Source: Sphyrna mokarran
Taxonomy: Eukaryota
Direction of reading: 5' to 3'
Assembly (NCBI GenBank): GCA_024679065.1
Contig: JAGIQG010000011.1
Span: forward strand, 69,750,001 to 69,814,000
DNA: 64,000 nt
Below are positions 62,410-64,000 of this stretch, piece by piece (position 1 is the first letter of the stretch; each line of letters opens with the position of its first letter). A program made the position numbers and the translations under genes. Under the pieces are notes generated by a model that made no database searches, had not been told where the DNA came from, and saw nothing but the letters and a program-made list of their open reading frames with translations.

Positions 62410-63990
62410 ATTGGGAACACGTCTATCAAATCTCCTCTCAACATTCTCTTTCAATGGAGAACAGTTCCAAGTTCTCTAACCTGTCCATGTCATTGAAGCC
62501 CTGCATGTCTGGTAACATTCTTGTAAACCTTTTCTACATCCTCTTCAATGTTTTCACATCCTTCCTAAAGTGTGGTGCTTAGAAGTAAGCACAGTACTCT
62601 GGTCAAAGTTGGATCTGTGTTTTATAAAGTTTCACCTTAACCTTTCTGCTTTTTATTCCATATCTCTGTATAAGTGCAGGATCCTATGTATTTTATTCAC
62701 CATTTCTTCACTTGCCCTGTAACCCTCAATGATTTGTGCACATATATTCCCAGCTCTTTCTGCTCCTGTACTCCCTTTTGAGTCTTAAGGGGTGATTTTA
62801 CTAAAAAAATATTCTACATGCAGAATGAATGTGAGTTATGATCGCTGTCTGCAATTGTGCCCCGACTGTTACTTTAACCAATTGCCCGTCTTCATTAGCT
62901 AATATTAAGTCTATGATCATCTTTTCTTCAGTAGGACATTTTACATACTGGTTTAAAAAGTTCTCCTGGATGTAATTTAAGAACCTTGCTCCTTCTAAAC
63001 TCACTATTACTATCCCAGTTAATGTTAAAGCAATGGAAACCCCCACTATTACTACCCTATTACTTTTACACTTACCTTATTTGCCTATATATCTGCTCCT
63101 CTATTGCATTTGGACCACTGGGGGCTACAGAACACTCTTGGCACTGTTATTGTTCCTTTCTGGTTTTTAAATTCTATCCATGTGGCTTCATTTGAAGGGC
63201 CTAAAATTTGTTGTCCTTACTGCTGAAATTGAAGTGATTCATATTGTGACAATCCTTCCTCTTTTATCTCCTTCCCTGCATCACCTGAAGATCCTATACC
63301 CTAGAATATTGTGCTGCAAATTCTGCCCCTCTTTCAACTGTGTATTATTGACAGAAATAACTTCTTACTCCTATGTTTTGATTTGTACCTACAACTCATC
63401 TGCCTTATTCTTCAGGCTCCTTGCATTAAAATAAACCTATAACTTTTCTGTTTCCTGATTCACTTGCTTCTTCTAATTTTGGCAGCGCATCTCCCTGCTA
63501 AACTTTCTCTCAGGATCCAAACCCCCTGCCAAGTTAGATTAAACCCTTCCAGCAGCACCAGCAAACCCCTCCTTTATTTTATACTGTCTCTCCTCAATCT
63601 TCCTATCAAAATGAATCACTACACAATTCTCTTCAATAAATTTTAGCTGTCATATAGTCCCTTATTCCCTCAGGCTGTCTGTATGCTCTCTTGAAGTATA
63701 TCTATCCTTCTCACAGTTCACCATTCTTCCAATTTTTGTGTCATCTGCAAATGTTGAAATTGTGTCCTGTACATCCAAATCTCAGTTATTAACATTGATC
63801 AAGAAAAGCAAAACACTTCTATATCAACCCCTGGAAAAGCCCACTGTCTACCAAGCTCATAGATAATTATTTACGACTACTCTGTGTGTTCTGATAGTGC
63901 CATGCTGGAAGCAAAAAAGCAGACTATCCTATTGATTCCATGTGTTTTAGTTTTGTTAACAAGGCTGTTATGTGGTGCATTAGTACACAT
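62410..63990 (-). mobile_element. Composite of old CR1 fragments (RT/3' pieces with an endonuclease-region piece at about 62790-63575)
   Basis: ORF 62801-63046 EGARFLNYIQENFLNQYVKCPT...IIDLILANEDGQ is the CR1 endonuclease C-terminus. aatttttgtgtcatctgcaaa (63732-63752) reads FADDTKI, and aagcacagtactc reads EYCA on the minus strand. Confidence 0.8.
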
Positions 63991-64000
63991 ACTCAAAAGC

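Noticed and set aside
1-64000. Prokaryotic-type systems (operons, CRISPR arrays, defence islands, prophage, retrons)
   Set aside because: No gene-dense regions, no regularly spaced repeat-spacer array and no long intact ORFs. All RT motifs belong to broken vertebrate non-LTR retrotransposons.

Overview
This window is not prokaryotic. It reads as AT-rich, CpG-depleted, repeat-dense vertebrate genomic DNA, almost certainly from a shark (elasmobranch). It holds about 15 copies or fragments of HE1-type tRNA-derived V-SINEs and about 6 copies of a second tRNA-headed SINE. It also holds a Deu-domain (SacSINE1-like) remnant, many 5'-truncated CR1, L2 and Rex1/Babar LINEs, decayed PIF/Harbinger transposase and Myb/SANT genes, and GC-rich non-autonomous elements. 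I recognise no intact host gene, tRNA, rRNA or CRISPR array; the longer ORFs in the track are LINE fragments or antisense noise, so the window looks intronic or intergenic. The most notable signals are structural: (1) a ~335-bp near-identical inverted duplication of apparently unique DNA (49094-49432 / 50661-50993); (2) an 88-bp inverted templated insertion flanked by a 9-bp duplication inside an L2 (23956-24043), plus several smaller fold-back junction scars; (3) three ~1.1-kb CR1 copies truncated at nearly the same reverse-transcriptase codon; (4) one SINE head with three different tails; (5) a fold-back element with ~1-kb arms; and (6) speculative minus-strand exons of an unidentified gene. 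I see no evidence for a new biological system. Family names come from recalled consensus similarity, not a database search, and repeat boundaries are approximate (about +/-10-30 bp).
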